This document shows positions 50,645 to 64,000 of a stretch of DNA of 64,000 nt, piece after piece. The stretch comes from Haliotis cracherodii (Eukaryota): positions 434,001-498,000 of the forward strand of contig NW_027266319.1 of NCBI RefSeq assembly GCF_022045235.1, written 5' to 3'. The notes under the pieces were generated by a model. The model had not been told where the DNA came from. It was given only the letters and a program-made list of their open reading frames with translations, and searched no databases. A program made the position numbers and the translations under genes. How positions within the stretch are numbered: position 1 is the stretch's first letter; the number at the start of each line of letters is the position of its first letter.

Positions 50645-53600
50645 TGAAATTTGTTATCGTATATATCAAGCTAGTTGGTCAGTTTATTTGCTATATTTAA
50701 AATTTTGACTTTAATATGTTCTTACATTCTCTCAGAATGTCTTTCTCTACTGAAATTGCAAGACCTGAATTTTTTTCTGTGTGATAACATCATATTTTGT
50801 TATATTCATTTGGTTTAGTGTTTATATTTCATATTTCTACAGAAAATCTTTGAATATCAATGCTGATTGTAAAAATGTTCAGTAGCTGTCTTTGTTTTTT
50901 TAAACTGTTGACTTCCTATCCAGGTGAGCTACAGTGGAGTGGGCTTATTTTAGGACAAACAGTTTTGATAATGGACCTATTGGGTGAAAAATCCATGTTG
51001 GTCGATATAAAACAACAAAAGATAAAGATGATATTTGAAGCTAATGTTTTGTGTCACAAAAAGTTCTCTGAAAATGTTTCCACATGTGCTAGTTAAGCTT
51101 GTGTATAACTTAACACACCCTATTGTCTGACGAAAGTTTTTGTGGTGAACACGTACGTTTTGTATTAAATGACAGAATAAAAAATAGTGTCTTCAGATTA
51201 TTTCTATTCAGCTTTTCATTTTTTAGTGTGTGCGGAATCTGTAAACCAATTACAAACCAATTGCGTTACACATTTCCCCTACAGTGTATATAGGCCGATT
51301 ATTAGGTACTGGTGAAACTGGAGACTACTGCCATTAGCTTGTGTTTTGTAACTGTATTGGGCCTGGGAATCCATCATCTTGTGCTATCCTTTGATCCTCG
51401 CAATAGGTACAGACCATGAGTACATTGTTCTTGACAAATACTGTTAGCTCACAGCATGCTGCCCCCAACACCATCTCCAGCCAGATCTCACTGAGACATG
51501 GGCAACCGTAATGGAGGAGTTTTTCATCACAAATTTGGCAGCGATTGACATGTTGCAGTTGCAAGAAGATAAATAGCTGAATACCGTATTTAACCAAGAG
51601 AGTGGCATCACAGCTTGTTACAGCTTGCTGGGAAGGGATGCCACTAGTTGGGGGGTATATTGTACTCCACGGGGAGTCGTTAGCGGAAGATGTGTCCAGT
51701 TCCGCTGGCTTGACAGATGAGTGACGAGGATGTGCGACCTGGCTGATGCCGCATGTCATTCCGCAAATGCGGATTGTTGTTCATACTATCAGTCACTGGT
51801 TTGCCTGTGTATAAATGACTGAATGACATATCATAAAAACATCTTGTTCCCTCTCTGATTCAGTCACTGACTGACTGACACTCACTCACTCACTCACCCC
51901 GTGCTGTTATTCACGGAGAAAAGGTGCATGCACTACATACAATACGACTTCCACAGGAATACTGCAGTCTTTTTTGCAACATAATAACAATTCTAAGAAT
52001 TTATGCAATAACTGTGAAATATGGGGATATAAATTTTCCAATGCCTTTGCTTGAGAGCGTTGAATCAGCAGGTTTTCTCCCGGTCCTGAGAAGCAGCTGT
52101 AGCCAGGAGTCTGGCTGAGGACGGAGTTAGCTGGTTGCCGGGATGAAGTAACGTAGACTCGATCCGGCTGCTCTCTCAGCTGGGATGTTATTCATAGATC
52201 TGATGGCATGAATATGTTTGCGCAGTTGGGAATTAGATACAAATGTCAATGAAGATTTTTAATGAAATGATTTATTTTCATGTAAAACTGAGGCACATTG
52301 GGACAAGGTTTTTCCTTAAATATCTTCTCTTGCACGTACGTGTATCAGTTGTAGAAAAAACATTACCTCATTTATCTCAGAAATATATGATCGATACTTT
52401 GATCGCGTCATACGTGTGTAATTTCACTCAAATGAAATAACACTTTAGGCGGGAAGTATATTTTCAGCCTCAATAACGCGATGGTTTTCAGATTAGGATC
52501 AGTGAGAAACTACAAAATCAATAGGACATGTGGGTTTTCTTGTCCAGTAACGTGGGGATGTCATCTCGTCACAGTACCACTTGTGAATGTATCAATGTTG
52601 TCAGGCAGCTTGACGAGATACACGTGTTATTTGACGAGAAATGGCAAATATCCCCAATTGATTTCACAGTAGTGCCGTTCATTATGGGTATTAAAGTGAC
52701 GTTCCTGGTGATTTGTTGGATGACATACATGACATACACCAGCAACATCGGAAGTGAAATATTTCCTGGAATTTAAGGAGAACATGTTAACCCTGTTAAT
52801 TTCGTATTGTGTTGGTGTTAGCCATTTCCTAGCCTTGCTTCAAGGCTGTACTGAAAGAAAAATCCCTGGATGTGTAGTAATTCTATCCTAATAGGCAAGT
52901 CCTGATGTGCAGACAGTCTCCAGTCTCATTTAGGGACAACTTGTTCTTATTATTTACGTAATCCAGAAATTATTATTTAAACTAATAATTATGATGGCCT
53001 CCCAGACCAACACTCCACTAAAGCCTAGCCTTGCTCCAAGGCTGTACTGAAAGAAAAGTCCATGACTGTAGTAATTCTATCCTCCTAATAGGCAAGTCTA
53101 GATATGTGGACAGTATTCCAGTCTCTTACAAGGTAACTTGTTCTTATTATTTACATTATTTAAATTATGATTTAAACTAATAATTAGTGCCTTAGAGACT
53201 TGTGCAAGTGTTGTCATTTTTCTACAGCTGCCAAATGTGGAGTCAGTCTTGTGAACTAAAACTTGTAGTATCACTTTCACTGCTCTGCTGAGAATATCTA
53301 AAAACAAGATAGTTTCATATTCACAAAAAATGCATGGCACGAAAGTGGGGAGTTCTGTGTACGATCAGCCTTCGTTTAGTGTCATGTCTGCTCATGACAA
53401 GCGTACAGGCTAATTCCCCCATGATAGTCCAATGTCATGACATGTCATGTTTGATTTGTGTGTCATGCTGCAAGCTGGGTCACTCTGCCCTGGCCGTGTA
53501 AAGTGGGTTTGGATTGATTTTGTGGCTGAGTTCTCGTGGTGAGATGTTGGGAGATTGCTGGCCATATCTGGTGTATTAAAGGTCTAGGGTGTTAGTAACT

Positions 53601-53967
53601 TCTGAGAAATCTTGTGGTCCTGATTCCATGGATGGATGCAGGAGGATGGAGATGAAGAAGAAGAAGATTTGTTATACGTCACCCACAGGGGGCAGGGTAC
53701 AATGCATGAACAGGACTAGTTTTAGTGAAAAGTTATAAACATTGACTTACACAATGGCATACAAATATTACTAAGGTCTAGAGAGGAGATGCAGATGTTC
53801 TTTGCGTGAAAATTTTGTAAATGAAATATGAGAATTTGTGCAGAAGGCATTGGTGGATTTGGTAGTATCTTAAGTGATAGTGGCTACATAGCTGAGGCAG
53901 GTGATGTGAAGTCAGATCTGATCGTTTATTTGGCTGTACAATGATGATACAAGGTTATCTCTGTAGT

Positions 53968-54225
53968 GGGGGCACGGGTGGCCCAGTCATCCCAAGGCGC
54001 CGCGATTCGCTGTGCAGAGAAACCTATGATTGTGGGTTCGAATCCCGGTTCGCCCCGATTATGTTTCTAGGTTTGTCAGCACCATACCCGTGCTTGTGGG
54101 TTTCACCGAAGTGGTAAACGTCTGAAACCTGCATCACTTCTGGCTTTCCTCCCACATTAAGCTGACAAGCCGTGATATAACTGGAATACTGTTAAAAGCG
54201 GCGTTAACCCAACTCACTCACTCAC
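53968..54225 (+). mobile_element. family C SINE
   Basis: 12-bp TSD tatctctgtagt at 53956-53967 and 54226-54237. Confidence 0.9.
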
Positions 54226-56334
54226 TATCTCTGTAGTCTTCATCGCAAATGACAGGAACAAGACTCTGAAGGGGCTATGTGCCACACAACAAGTCGTAGC
54301 CAAGTAAATGTGTTTTAGGACTTCTACAGGATCAGACGACCCCGTGGGGGTCAAGTATAGAATAGGTCAGTTTATGGTGGTTGTTTGTCACGCCAAAGAT
54401 CCGGGTTCGATTCCCCACATGGGTACAATGTGTAAAGCCCATTTCTGGTGTCCCCCTCTGTGATATTGTTGGAATGTTGCTCACTCACTCACTTCTGGTT
54501 GTTGTAAAGGTGACATTGGATCAGGCGGTCAGGCTCAGGAACTTGGGGGAATGGTGTAATCGTATGATGATGTTGCTTTTTGTATCAAATAAAAGTGACA
54601 AATCACTGGTTTGTCTGCTCCAGACTTGATTATTTACATATTGTTAGGACAGCCTGGGGTTACAGCAGCTATTTGTGGAATTAGGGTTGTATCAGAAATA
54701 GTAATTGGGGAATCACATGAAATATATGTTGAAATGCTAGTGTCTGGTGTGCAATCACAGTGGTAATACCCTATTAAAGGATCGCAAAAATGTATTTGGA
54801 ACTTGGGGAAATTTTTCATTCACTCCCTTTTATTTAAGTATTTCTTTCGACACTTTTTCATTTTTTGTGTGTTGACCTTTCTTTTTCTGAATTGAGATTA
54901 TTGTCCATGGTCTGCCCTTTCCACAGATACCATACAGTTAGGAGTTTTCAACATTTGTCTTGAAGCATGAGGGGTTACTGATAGTTAAAAATCACCGAAA
55001 AATTGATTTTGTTAAAACTTCAAATGGCTATTAAGTCATTATCTTGGTGGTTTTGATTTATTTCATTGATACTGTCTGATGCACACTTCCAGGAGTTGTC
55101 CATAGATCAGGAACACATGGAATTGTTTCCAAAAGGGGTCACGAAACCAGCCCCTAATGCATTATGGTCGGAAATGACGTTTGATTGGACATGTACAGGA
55201 TGTGGCTGGACTATTGCTGTATGTGGCATTTAACAACAATAATCAGACGGGTGGCATGGTAATCTTATGCTCAAGTGGTTTTTTTTATGTCAGAGGTCTG
55301 ATACCACACGTGTGTGGTCCATTCCTAGATCCTGTTCGTGACCAGCTGTTATTCCGGGACAAGCCGAAAAGCGACTTCTACTCATCTCAAACCCAATTTT
55401 GCGACTGGATTTCGTCTATGTGTAAACGGGCATAGCTTAAATAATGGTCATCTCATTGCATAATGATTCACGTATATTTCCTCTATATATCATAAATATT
55501 CCACATGCTATTTAGAACATATCGGGACTTACGATATTATAGAGTTTGATTGAACACAAGTAACTGTATCTTGGGTATATTTTCAGATGAAAGTACTTGA
55601 AGTCTTGTGCACATTCTGATTTGTTTGTTGTATTTTCACACCTAACATTCATCGTTTGGGACGAGTCTTCTTGCATGTGAAGGGAAGGGGCGAGTGGTGA
55701 CGAATGTCCTCCACCCTAGTGTACCCTGCTCTGACATTGCTGAAAGCACCAAACATGCCACAAACACAACTTGATATACCTTGACTATTGTTTACTTATT
55801 TCTAGGCATCACTTCAGGTTCAGCAGGTGCTTGTTTTGAAGCAGGTATGCGTAGTAACTCTACTTCTGGCAAGATGAGGAAGAAGCTTGGGAAGGTCGAC
55901 ACCTTGTTGTGTACCACCCCCTAATTGTGACATTCCTGTTGCGAGCACAGATTACAATGAATGAGGAGAGCGATAACTGTTACTTGGTTAATTGATAGCT
56001 GAGTGTCTCAGTGTAGATTTACATACTTGATAATGGTGGAAGAATGTTCCCTATGAACTTACTGCATTCTTGTCTCTGTCACAGTCACGGCACCAGTGTA
56101 GATTCTCAAGCATTTATAGTTCCTGGCCAGTGTCCGAAATAAGGGCCTGCCGCCTGCCGCCTGCCGCCTGCCCGTGGCTGGTAGCTTTTCTGTCGGGCTG
56201 CATAAAGTTTTCCTCTACCTGCCCAACTGTCTGGCAGATAATTTTAAGCCAACTTACAGTTCCATTATAACTCCTTGTACATTCTGAAGTAATTGTTTGC
56301 ATTATTTCAACTGAATCAAGATGCAATTTGTCTC

Positions 56335-57303
56335 TTTTTATCCCCCGCCGCGCGAAAGCGCGAAGCGGGGGATATAGTATTCACGACCGTCCGTACGTCC
56401 GTCCGTACGTCCCACCTGTTTGTTGCCGCGATATCTCAAGAACTAAACACTGGATTGTCTTCATATTTGGAACTATGGTGTATATACAGACTCCGCAGAC
56501 ACCAGTCGGTTTTGGTGACCTTGACCCCATTTTCAAGGTCACAGCAGGCATATCTGCTTTTGGAGTTGGAAAACGGTGTTGCCGCAATATCTCAAGAACT
56601 AATCTCTGGAATGTCTTCATATTTGGAACTATGGTGTATATACAGACTCCCCAGACACCAGTCGGTTTTGGTGACCTTGACCCCATTTTCAAGGTCACAG
56701 CAGGCATATCTGCTTTTGGAGTTGGAAAACGGTGTTGCCGCAATATCTCAAGAACTAATCTCTGGAATGTCTTCATATTTGGAACTATGGTGTATATACA
56801 GACTCCGCAGACACCAGTCGGTTTTGGTGACCTTGATCCCATTTTCAAGGTCACAGCAGACAAATCTGCTTTTAGAGTTGGAAAACGGTGTTGCCGCGAT
56901 ATCTCAAGAACTAAACACTGGATTGTCTTCATATTTGGAACTATGGTGTATATACAGACTCCGCAGACACCAGTCGGTTTTGGTCACCTTGATCCCATTT
57001 TCAAGGTCACAGCAGGCAAATCTGCTTTTGGAGTTAGAAAACAGTGTTGCCGCGATATCTCAAGAACTAATCGCTGGATTGTCTTCATATTTGGAAGTAT
57101 AGTGTATATACAGACACCGCATACACCTGTCATATTTGGTGACCTTGACCCCATTTTCAAGGTCACAGCAGGCAAATCTGTTTTTGGAGTTGGAAAACGG
57201 TGTTGCCACAATATCTCAAGAACTAATCGCTGGATTGTCTTCATATTTGGTACTATGGTGTACAGGCGGGGGATATTTCGTCACTCTGTGACAAATACTT
57301 GTT
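56335..57303 (+). mobile_element. Helentron-associated non-autonomous element (HINE/DINE-1/pearl-like) with 156-bp core repeats
   Basis: 5' T-run, subTIR atcccccgcc with hairpin, (gtcc)n microsatellite, ~5.5 x 156-bp units, 3' subTIR ggcgggggat, hairpin gtcac-tct-gtgac, cttgtt end. ORFs 56293/56328 are 52-codon repeat artefacts. Confidence 0.85.
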
Positions 57304-57431
57304 GTACTTGTGATTTTTCAATATTTATAATGTCTGAATGCGGGCAGGTAACTTTGATGATGGGCTGGCAACATTAATGGATCTCCTGCCCAACTGTGTT
57401 GCTGGGTTTTAAAATTATTTCAAGCACTGTC

Positions 57432-58607
57432 CTCAATCTCCCCTCCTTGTCTCAATCCACCCTAAATGTCTATCAATCCACCCTGATATCTCTCAATCCA
57501 CCCTCCTTCTCCCTCAATCCACCCTGATATCTCTCAATCTCCCATCCTTGTCTCAATCCACCCTAAATGTCTCTCAATCCACCCTGATATCTCTCAATCC
57601 ACTCTCCTTCTCCCTCAATCCACCCTGATATCTCTCAATCTCCCCTCCTTGTCTCAATCCACCCTCCATCTCCCTCAACCCACCCTGATATCTCTCAATC
57701 CACCCTCAGTGTCTCTCAATCCACCCTGATATCTCTCAATCCACCTTCCTTCTCCCTCAACCTACCCTGATATCTCTCAATCCACCCTCCTTGTCTCTCA
57801 ATCCACCTTGATATCTCTCAATCCACCCTCCTTGTCCCTCAACCCACCTTGATATCTCTCAATCCACCCTTCTTGTCTCTCAATCCACCCTCCTTGTCTG
57901 TCAATCCGCCCTTTTTGTCTATCAGTCAACCTTCCTTTTCCCCCAAGCCACCCTCCTTGCCTCTCAATCCACCCTGGTGTCTCTCTATCCAATCTTATCT
58001 CTTGGTCTTTAAATTCACCCTGATGTCTGTCAATCTACCCTGATGTCTGTCAATCCACCTTCCCTGTCTGTCATTCCCTTTCCTTGTATCTCAATCCCCT
58101 TTCCTTGTCTCTCAATCCAGCCTCCTTGTCTCTCAATCCACCCCTCCTTGTCTCCCAATCCACCCTTCTTGTCTCTCAATCCACCCTTCTTGTCTCTCAA
58201 TCCACCCTCCTTGTCTCCCAATCCACCCTTCTTGTCTCTCAATCCACCCTTCTTGTCTCTCAATCCACCCTCCTTGTCTCTCAATCCACCCTTCTTGTCT
58301 CTCAATCCACCCTCCTTGTCTCTCAATCCACCCTCCTTGTCTCCCAATCCACCCTTCTTGTCTCTCAATCCACCCTCCTTGTCTCTCAATCCACCCTTCT
58401 TGTCTCTCAATCCACCCTCCTTGTCTCTCAATCCACCCTCCTTGTCTCCCAATCCACCCTTCTTGTCTCTCAATCCACCCTTCTTGTCTCTCAATCCACC
58501 CTCCTTGTCTCTCAATCCACCCTCCTTGTCTCTCAATCCCCTTTCCTTGTCTCTCAATCCACCCTCCTTGTCTCTCAATCCACCCTTCTTGTCTCTCAGC
58601 CCACCCT
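57432..58607. repeat. 21-bp pyrimidine-rich minisatellite (ctcaatccaccctccttgtct)
   Basis: Direct inspection. Confidence 0.95.
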
Positions 58608-59666
58608 GTATAGAGGAGCATGTTGCAGCTGTAAGGAGCTTGTATAGAGCAGCATGTTGCAGCTGTAAGGAGCTTGTATGTAGTAGCATGTTGCAGCTGT
58701 AAGGAGGCTGTATAGAAGAAGAGGTTGCAGCTGTAAGGTGCTTGTATAAAGGAACATGTTACTGCTTTAAGGAGCCTGTATGGAGGAAGAGGTTGCAGCT
58801 GTAAGGAGCTTGTATAGAGGAACATGCTACTGCTTTAAGGAGCTTGTATAGAGGAAGAGGTTGCAGCTGTAAGGAGCTTGTATAGAGAAAGAGGTTGCAG
58901 CTGTAAGGAACTTGTATAGAGGAACATGTTACTGCTTTAAGGAGCTTGTATAGAGGAAGAGGTTGCAGCTGTAAGGAGCTTGTATATAAAAAGAGGTTGC
59001 AGCTGTAAGGAGCTTGTATAGAGGAATATGTTACTGCTTTAAGGAGCTTGTATAGGGGAAGAGGTTGCAGCTGTAAGGAGCTTGTATAGAGGAACATGTT
59101 ACTGCTTTAAGGAGCCTGTATAGAGGAAGAGGTTGCAGCTGTAAGGAGCTTGTATAGAGAAAGAGGTTGCAGCTGTAAGGAGCTTGTATAGAGGAACATG
59201 TTACTGCTTTAAGGAGCTTGTATAGAGGAACATGTTGCAGCTGTAAGGAGCTTGTATAGAGAAATAGTTGCAGCTGTAAGGAGCTTGTATAGAGGAAGAG
59301 GTTTCAGCTGTAAGGAGCTTGTATAGAGGAACATGTTGCTGCTGTAAGGAGCTTGTATAGAGGAACATGTTGCTGCTGTAAGGAGCTTCTATAGAAGAAC
59401 ATGTTACTGCTTTAAGGAGCTTGTATAGAGGAAGAGGTTTCAGCTGTAAGGAGCTTGTATAGAGGAATAGTTGCAGCTGTAAGGATATTGTATGTAGGAG
59501 CATGTTGCAGCTGTAAGGAGCCTGTATGGAGGAAGAGGTTGCAGCTGTAAGGAGCTTGTATAGAGGAAGGGGTTGCAGCTGTAAGGAGCTTGTATAGAGG
59601 AATAGTTGCAGCTGTAAGGAGCCTGTGTAGAGGAACATGCTGCAGCTGTAAGAGTTTGTATAGAGG
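58608..59666. repeat. ~34-bp minisatellite (aaggagcttgtatagaggaagaggttgcagctgt)
   Basis: Direct inspection; abuts the 21-bp array. Confidence 0.95.
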
Positions 59667-60227
59667 TGTATGTCACTACATCATTGTGCAGTTTTAACAA
59701 ACTACATATTCAGCTGGAATGCAGTGAGATTGATGTACACAAGGTAATGACAGATAATAACATTATTTGAATTGGGAGAGTTAAGAAGACCATTGTATGC
59801 TTTGTCAGGTACATGCTGATGTGTGCACTTGTGTGAGTGGGGTTTTATAATTCCTAGATTACACAAATCGATACTGTTGTCCTCACGGGTGTGAGAGAAA
59901 GATCACAGGCAGATTATACACTATGTGTTTTAGAAAATCGGCTTTAGATCCATTGTGCCCGCAAATTAAAGGTAATCTCTGGATATTTCCGTTTCCATGG
60001 AAACTACATGCCAGGTAAACATGGAAAAAGAGCTTTTGAGGATGGTAGGTGGAGAAATGAGGATCAGGGAGGATGATCTGGCTGAAATGTTGACAGAGAA
60101 ATCAGATATGTAGTTAGTAAACTGCTCCTGAGATCAGCAAGGGTGGATGTTGGGCCATAGTGTAGACTTGCACAAGTCTCTAAGGCAATAATTATTAGTT
60201 TAAATCATAATTTCTACATTATGTAAA

Positions 60228-61245
60228 TGTAGCTGGGTGGTGGTGCTAACTCTGAATGAGTTATAGCCACATAAGTACCACCCACTTATTATACCCCCTT
60301 AGATTCATTCTATACATATATACATACATGTTCATCTATTATCACCATCACTTCATTCTGTGTTCATTATATGTTCATTATATGTTGTCCCTGTGTAGCC
60401 GGGCGTGGTGTTATGTGTCCAGCCACTGGGCTGCTAGTCAAAACATGAGGCAGTTCTTGAAGATGATGATGATATTTATTCTTTGGTAGTAGATGGTGGG
60501 AGGGAAGCTGTAAACAAGAGTCCTCCCTCCATAAAGAGTTCATGCAGAATATGTTATAATTTAATTTAAGCCAAAAGGAAACAGATTAATTTATAGGGAT
60601 ATGTTGAGGAGCACATGGTTGAAGACCATGTGCTCAATTAATGTAACACAAAATGTGTGAGCTGGCAAACATTTAGATATAACAAATTAAATAATATTGC
60701 GATTAAATATATTTTACTTTAATGATAAGCTGTGATACCCTTTCTATGCATATATTTGTTTTCAAAGCAGGATGGAAAGAGATAAGAATATTGAAATGTT
60801 TCTCACCTGTAATGATGAGTCCTCCCTCCATAAAGAGTTCATGCAGAATGCATGAGGAGGGCAGGTGAGAAAGGAAGTTAAAGAAGTGGACCAAAGGGCC
60901 AATCAAAAGAAAGGTAGCATCTGACAGGTATTTAAAGGAAGTCAAGATGCTTCAGTCACATGAAGTGGTGGACATATCTAAAAATAGATAAGGGGAAGTC
61001 CAGGTGAAGCTGGAGAAATTACAGAGGCTGCAAAAAGGGTATCAGGTTGGTGTTAGTTGGTTGACATTCAACTGCAGACAAGGACAACATATAATGAACA
61101 TATAATGAACACAGAATGAAGTGATGGTGATAATAGATGAACATGTATGTATATATGTATAGAATGAATCTAAGGGGGGTATAATAATTGGGTGGTACTT
61201 ATGTGGCTATAACTCATTCAGAGTTAGCACCACCACCCGGCTACA
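60228..61245. mobile_element. non-autonomous long-TIR element, TGT..ACA ends, 4-bp TSD (Ginger-like)
   Basis: ~167-bp near-perfect TIRs 60228-60394 / 61078-61245; TAAA at 60224-60227 and 61246-61249. Confidence 0.8.
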
Positions 61246-61345
61246 TAAACAACAACAAAAAGTTGTCCCTATAAGAGACCTTACTGGAGTCCTTACTGTC
61301 TACATATCTAAACTTGCCTATTAGGAGGATAGAATTACTACACAT

Positions 61346-61537
61346 TGTAAGGTCTTCAGGCCCACATAAAACAGAGGTACGAACACAAGACATTTACTTG
61401 ACAAGGACAATAGCGAGACTGGTTACAATTGAAATCGGATCACGCGTCATAGTCTATGATTCCACGTGCAGCCACACACTACTTTTGGGGACCGTTGTGT
61501 TCGGGCGAAGCTGTCCAACACCGGGAACAACCTCACA
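61346..61537 (-). mobile_element. 3' LTR of the Gypsy element (192 bp)
   Basis: Minus-strand PPT gagaggggaggga (61538-61550) abuts TGTGAGGT; the LTR ends ACCTTACA (inverted termini). Confidence 0.8.
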
Positions 61538-63570
61538 TCCCTCCCCTCTCAAGAAAGGTCTGGCAAGACTTGATCAACACTTACTACGACTGTTTCTCTC
61601 GATGAACGGCCTGATGACTTGACTTGCAGGAACTCCCCATAAAACTTGGATACCACAAATCCAGACTTGAAATGCTGTTTCTTGAACTTATATCCTCCTG
61701 ATACTTTCACAGCAACACGATCACCAACATTAAACATCCTTGAAACTCTTTCAGATGTCTGTTCTTGATGATGTAATTCAGAGATTTGACACACTTATCC
61801 CATAACTCTACACAGCCATCCATATCCTCCCCCACGGAAGAAAAATCATGTCACACTAACTTGTGAATCAAACTGTTACGACCAAACATAACAAAATATG
61901 GGGCAAAACCAGTGGTGCAATTTAACATGAATTATGTGCTGATACAATTTCTGGCAAAACTGTGTCCCATGTTTTCTCACATTTTGCTGTTTTCACTAAC
62001 AAAGTTTTAATGTTCTGTGAGCTCTTTTGACTGGATTAGCTTATGGCCTAGCCACTGGAGTATAACTACATCTAATTCCCCAATTGGAAGTAAACATACC
62101 AAACTCTTGATGTAAGGACTGTACCATCATCCATATGTAAAACACTGAGCGGACCAAATATGGAAAACACGTTCCAACACTGTTGCAGTACGAACTGGAA
62201 AGGCCAAAAAAAACCTACTCAGATCATCTAAACATGTAAACACATACTCATAACCACAAGACGAACGTGGAAGTGGGCCAACAAAATCGCAATGAAGAAC
62301 CTTCCAAGGACGCGAAGCAGTAACAGTAACACCTGAAGGAGATCTAGGTATAGCATGTGGACCCTCTATACACACAGTACATTTCTCCACTATTTCACCT
62401 ACCTCACGTTGAATGATTGAAGAATCAACTTTCTGTGCCAATTGCCATGTTCTTTTTCCACCAAAGTGACCCAGTTCATGAGCTTTCAGAATAATATCAC
62501 GTCGTTTATCTTGACCTCCCGTCACAGCAAGTTTTACACGGGCAATTCAGTTTCATCTTCAACAGGCATACGACTCAAAACATCACTTAGAATGTTTTCA
62601 TTCCCTGGAATATGATCAATGTGAAATGAGTATTCAGAAAGTTCTAAACTCCATCTGGTGAATTTCTCAGATTTTGATGTCAAAATGTATGTCAGTGGCT
62701 TATGATCAGTTCTCAAACGAAAAGTCTTCCCGAACACATAGGGTCGAAATTATCTAACAGACCAAATTATCGCCAGTTCTTCTCAGTGGATAGTGGAATA
62801 ATTTCATTCAGTATTGGAAAGTTTCTTTGAAGCATAACTGATGGGATGGCCATCTTGCAAAAACACTCCCGCGAAACCTGTCTTACTAGCATCAGTTTGT
62901 ATAACGAATTGAGACGCCTCTGCACTGAAATCAGGATGTTTCAAAACAGGGTTAGACGTCAAGATCAACTTGAGCCTTTCAAAAGATTCCTGATGTTGCG
63001 ACTGTCAACATTAGACATGCTTTTCAACAATACGACTGAAAGGCATAATATGATCCGAAAAATTTGGAATAAACCTCTGAAAGTACTTTGCCAGAACTAC
63101 CAACGAACGAACCTCTGCCCACAAAGTCGGAACCGGAAACTGCATGATTGCTTCTAAATCTTTCTTACCCGGACTAACACCTGAAGCAGAAATCTCATTA
63201 CCAAGATATTCGACACTTTCCCTTGAAGAAGAAACATTTGTCTGGCCTCAAAGTAACACCAGTAGATGCAAAGTTTTCAAATACCTGTCTCAAAGTATTC
63301 CAATGTTCATCAGCTGTAGGGGAAAGGACTAACACATCGTCCAAATACACCAAAACATGTCACGAGTTAAGCCATATAGTACTACATGCATACCACATGA
63401 TTTCTAACCAGAAGTCGGCTGACTTTTCCTTCGGCTTCAACACTATCTCCTCAAACCTACACATAAAGTCCCATCCTAGCAACAAATGGTCATCACAAAC
63501 ATCCAACATATGGAATCTACAATCTTATAAACCTACTGGCTGTTTGTGTAACTCGATATGGAGTTTTTGA
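61538..63570 (-). mobile_element. decayed Ty3/Gypsy pol (protease end, truncated RT, RNase H, integrase)
   Basis: LLLGWDF, VLVYLDDVLV, FRLRTDHKPL...RWSLELSEY...NILSDVLSR, H-GHFG...CTVC, WKVLHCDFVGPLP...DDLSRF; order PR-RT-RH-IN; frameshifts and stops. Confidence 0.92.
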
Positions 63571-64000
63571 AATTGTGGTAACACCTCGCAGGAGGGCTTA
63601 CAACGATTTTATAAACCTATTCATTGGGATCGCTATTAAGTAAGAGAGTTCTTTCTATAGGCATTAAAACCTATTGTGAGGTTTTACTTTCAACGTAAAA
63701 CCTATTAAGATTTGGATTTTTTAAAGTCGAAAATCTCGTAAAGCAAAAAACACCTGTGAATTCTCGTTTTGAAAAGTTTAAAAGAAGTGGAATATTGCAA
63801 CACAAACACTTAGAAACCGAAGATTTCACTTTCATTTAAAAGTAAGTATTTTAGTTGTGTTTTGTTGTGGACACATCCAAGTGCTCTTGACCGCCTGGCA
63901 AGTCAGCCAATTTCACGTGCAAGTTATGATATCACGTCTTCAAGGAAGTGGTATAATAAAGCGCCTCATTTATAGATGCTTGTTATGACATTTAATCAAT

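Noticed and set aside
51334-51759. CxxC..HxxC..CxxC pattern resembling a half PHD finger
   Set aside because: Spacing atypical, no first Cys pair or adjoining ORF; at most an old LINE ORF1 remnant.
56293-57377. 269- and 349-aa ORFs
   Set aside because: 52-codon translation of HINE core repeats, open in several frames.
57798-59700. GGLRDKE / LLVSQST / YTSSLQLQ ORFs
   Set aside because: Minisatellite artefacts without splice or start context.

Overview
Eukaryotic, intron- and repeat-rich DNA, inferred to be a gastropod mollusc (probably abalone, from the (ACTC)n/(AAAC)n-tailed SINEs and the lysozyme type). Almost all long ORFs in the track are minisatellite artefacts. The real genes are two tandem c-type (chicken-type) lysozyme paralogs on the + strand. 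Copy 2 (TATA at 24335, a non-coding exon, 5 coding exons in 25433-29892, 146 aa, 8 Cys, catalytic Glu/Asp) is intact. Copy 1 (16629-20701) lacks the whole symmetric 84-nt second coding exon, has a minisatellite in that intron, and still splices in frame (118 aa, 7 Cys, much more acidic). The catalytic exon is far more similar between the paralogs than the other exons, suggesting exon-limited gene conversion. A probable third gene starts at 32464 (MGCIF(S/R) exon). The rest is four SINE-like families sharing one 3' tail, two decayed Tc1 elements, a hAT remnant, MITEs, a Helentron-type element with 156-bp core repeats, a solo LTR, a decayed Gypsy element with its 3' LTR, a TGT..ACA long-TIR (Ginger-like) element, a 66-bp array of Penelope-type hammerhead-like motifs, about 15 minisatellites and a 137-N gap. 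All counts were made by eye.
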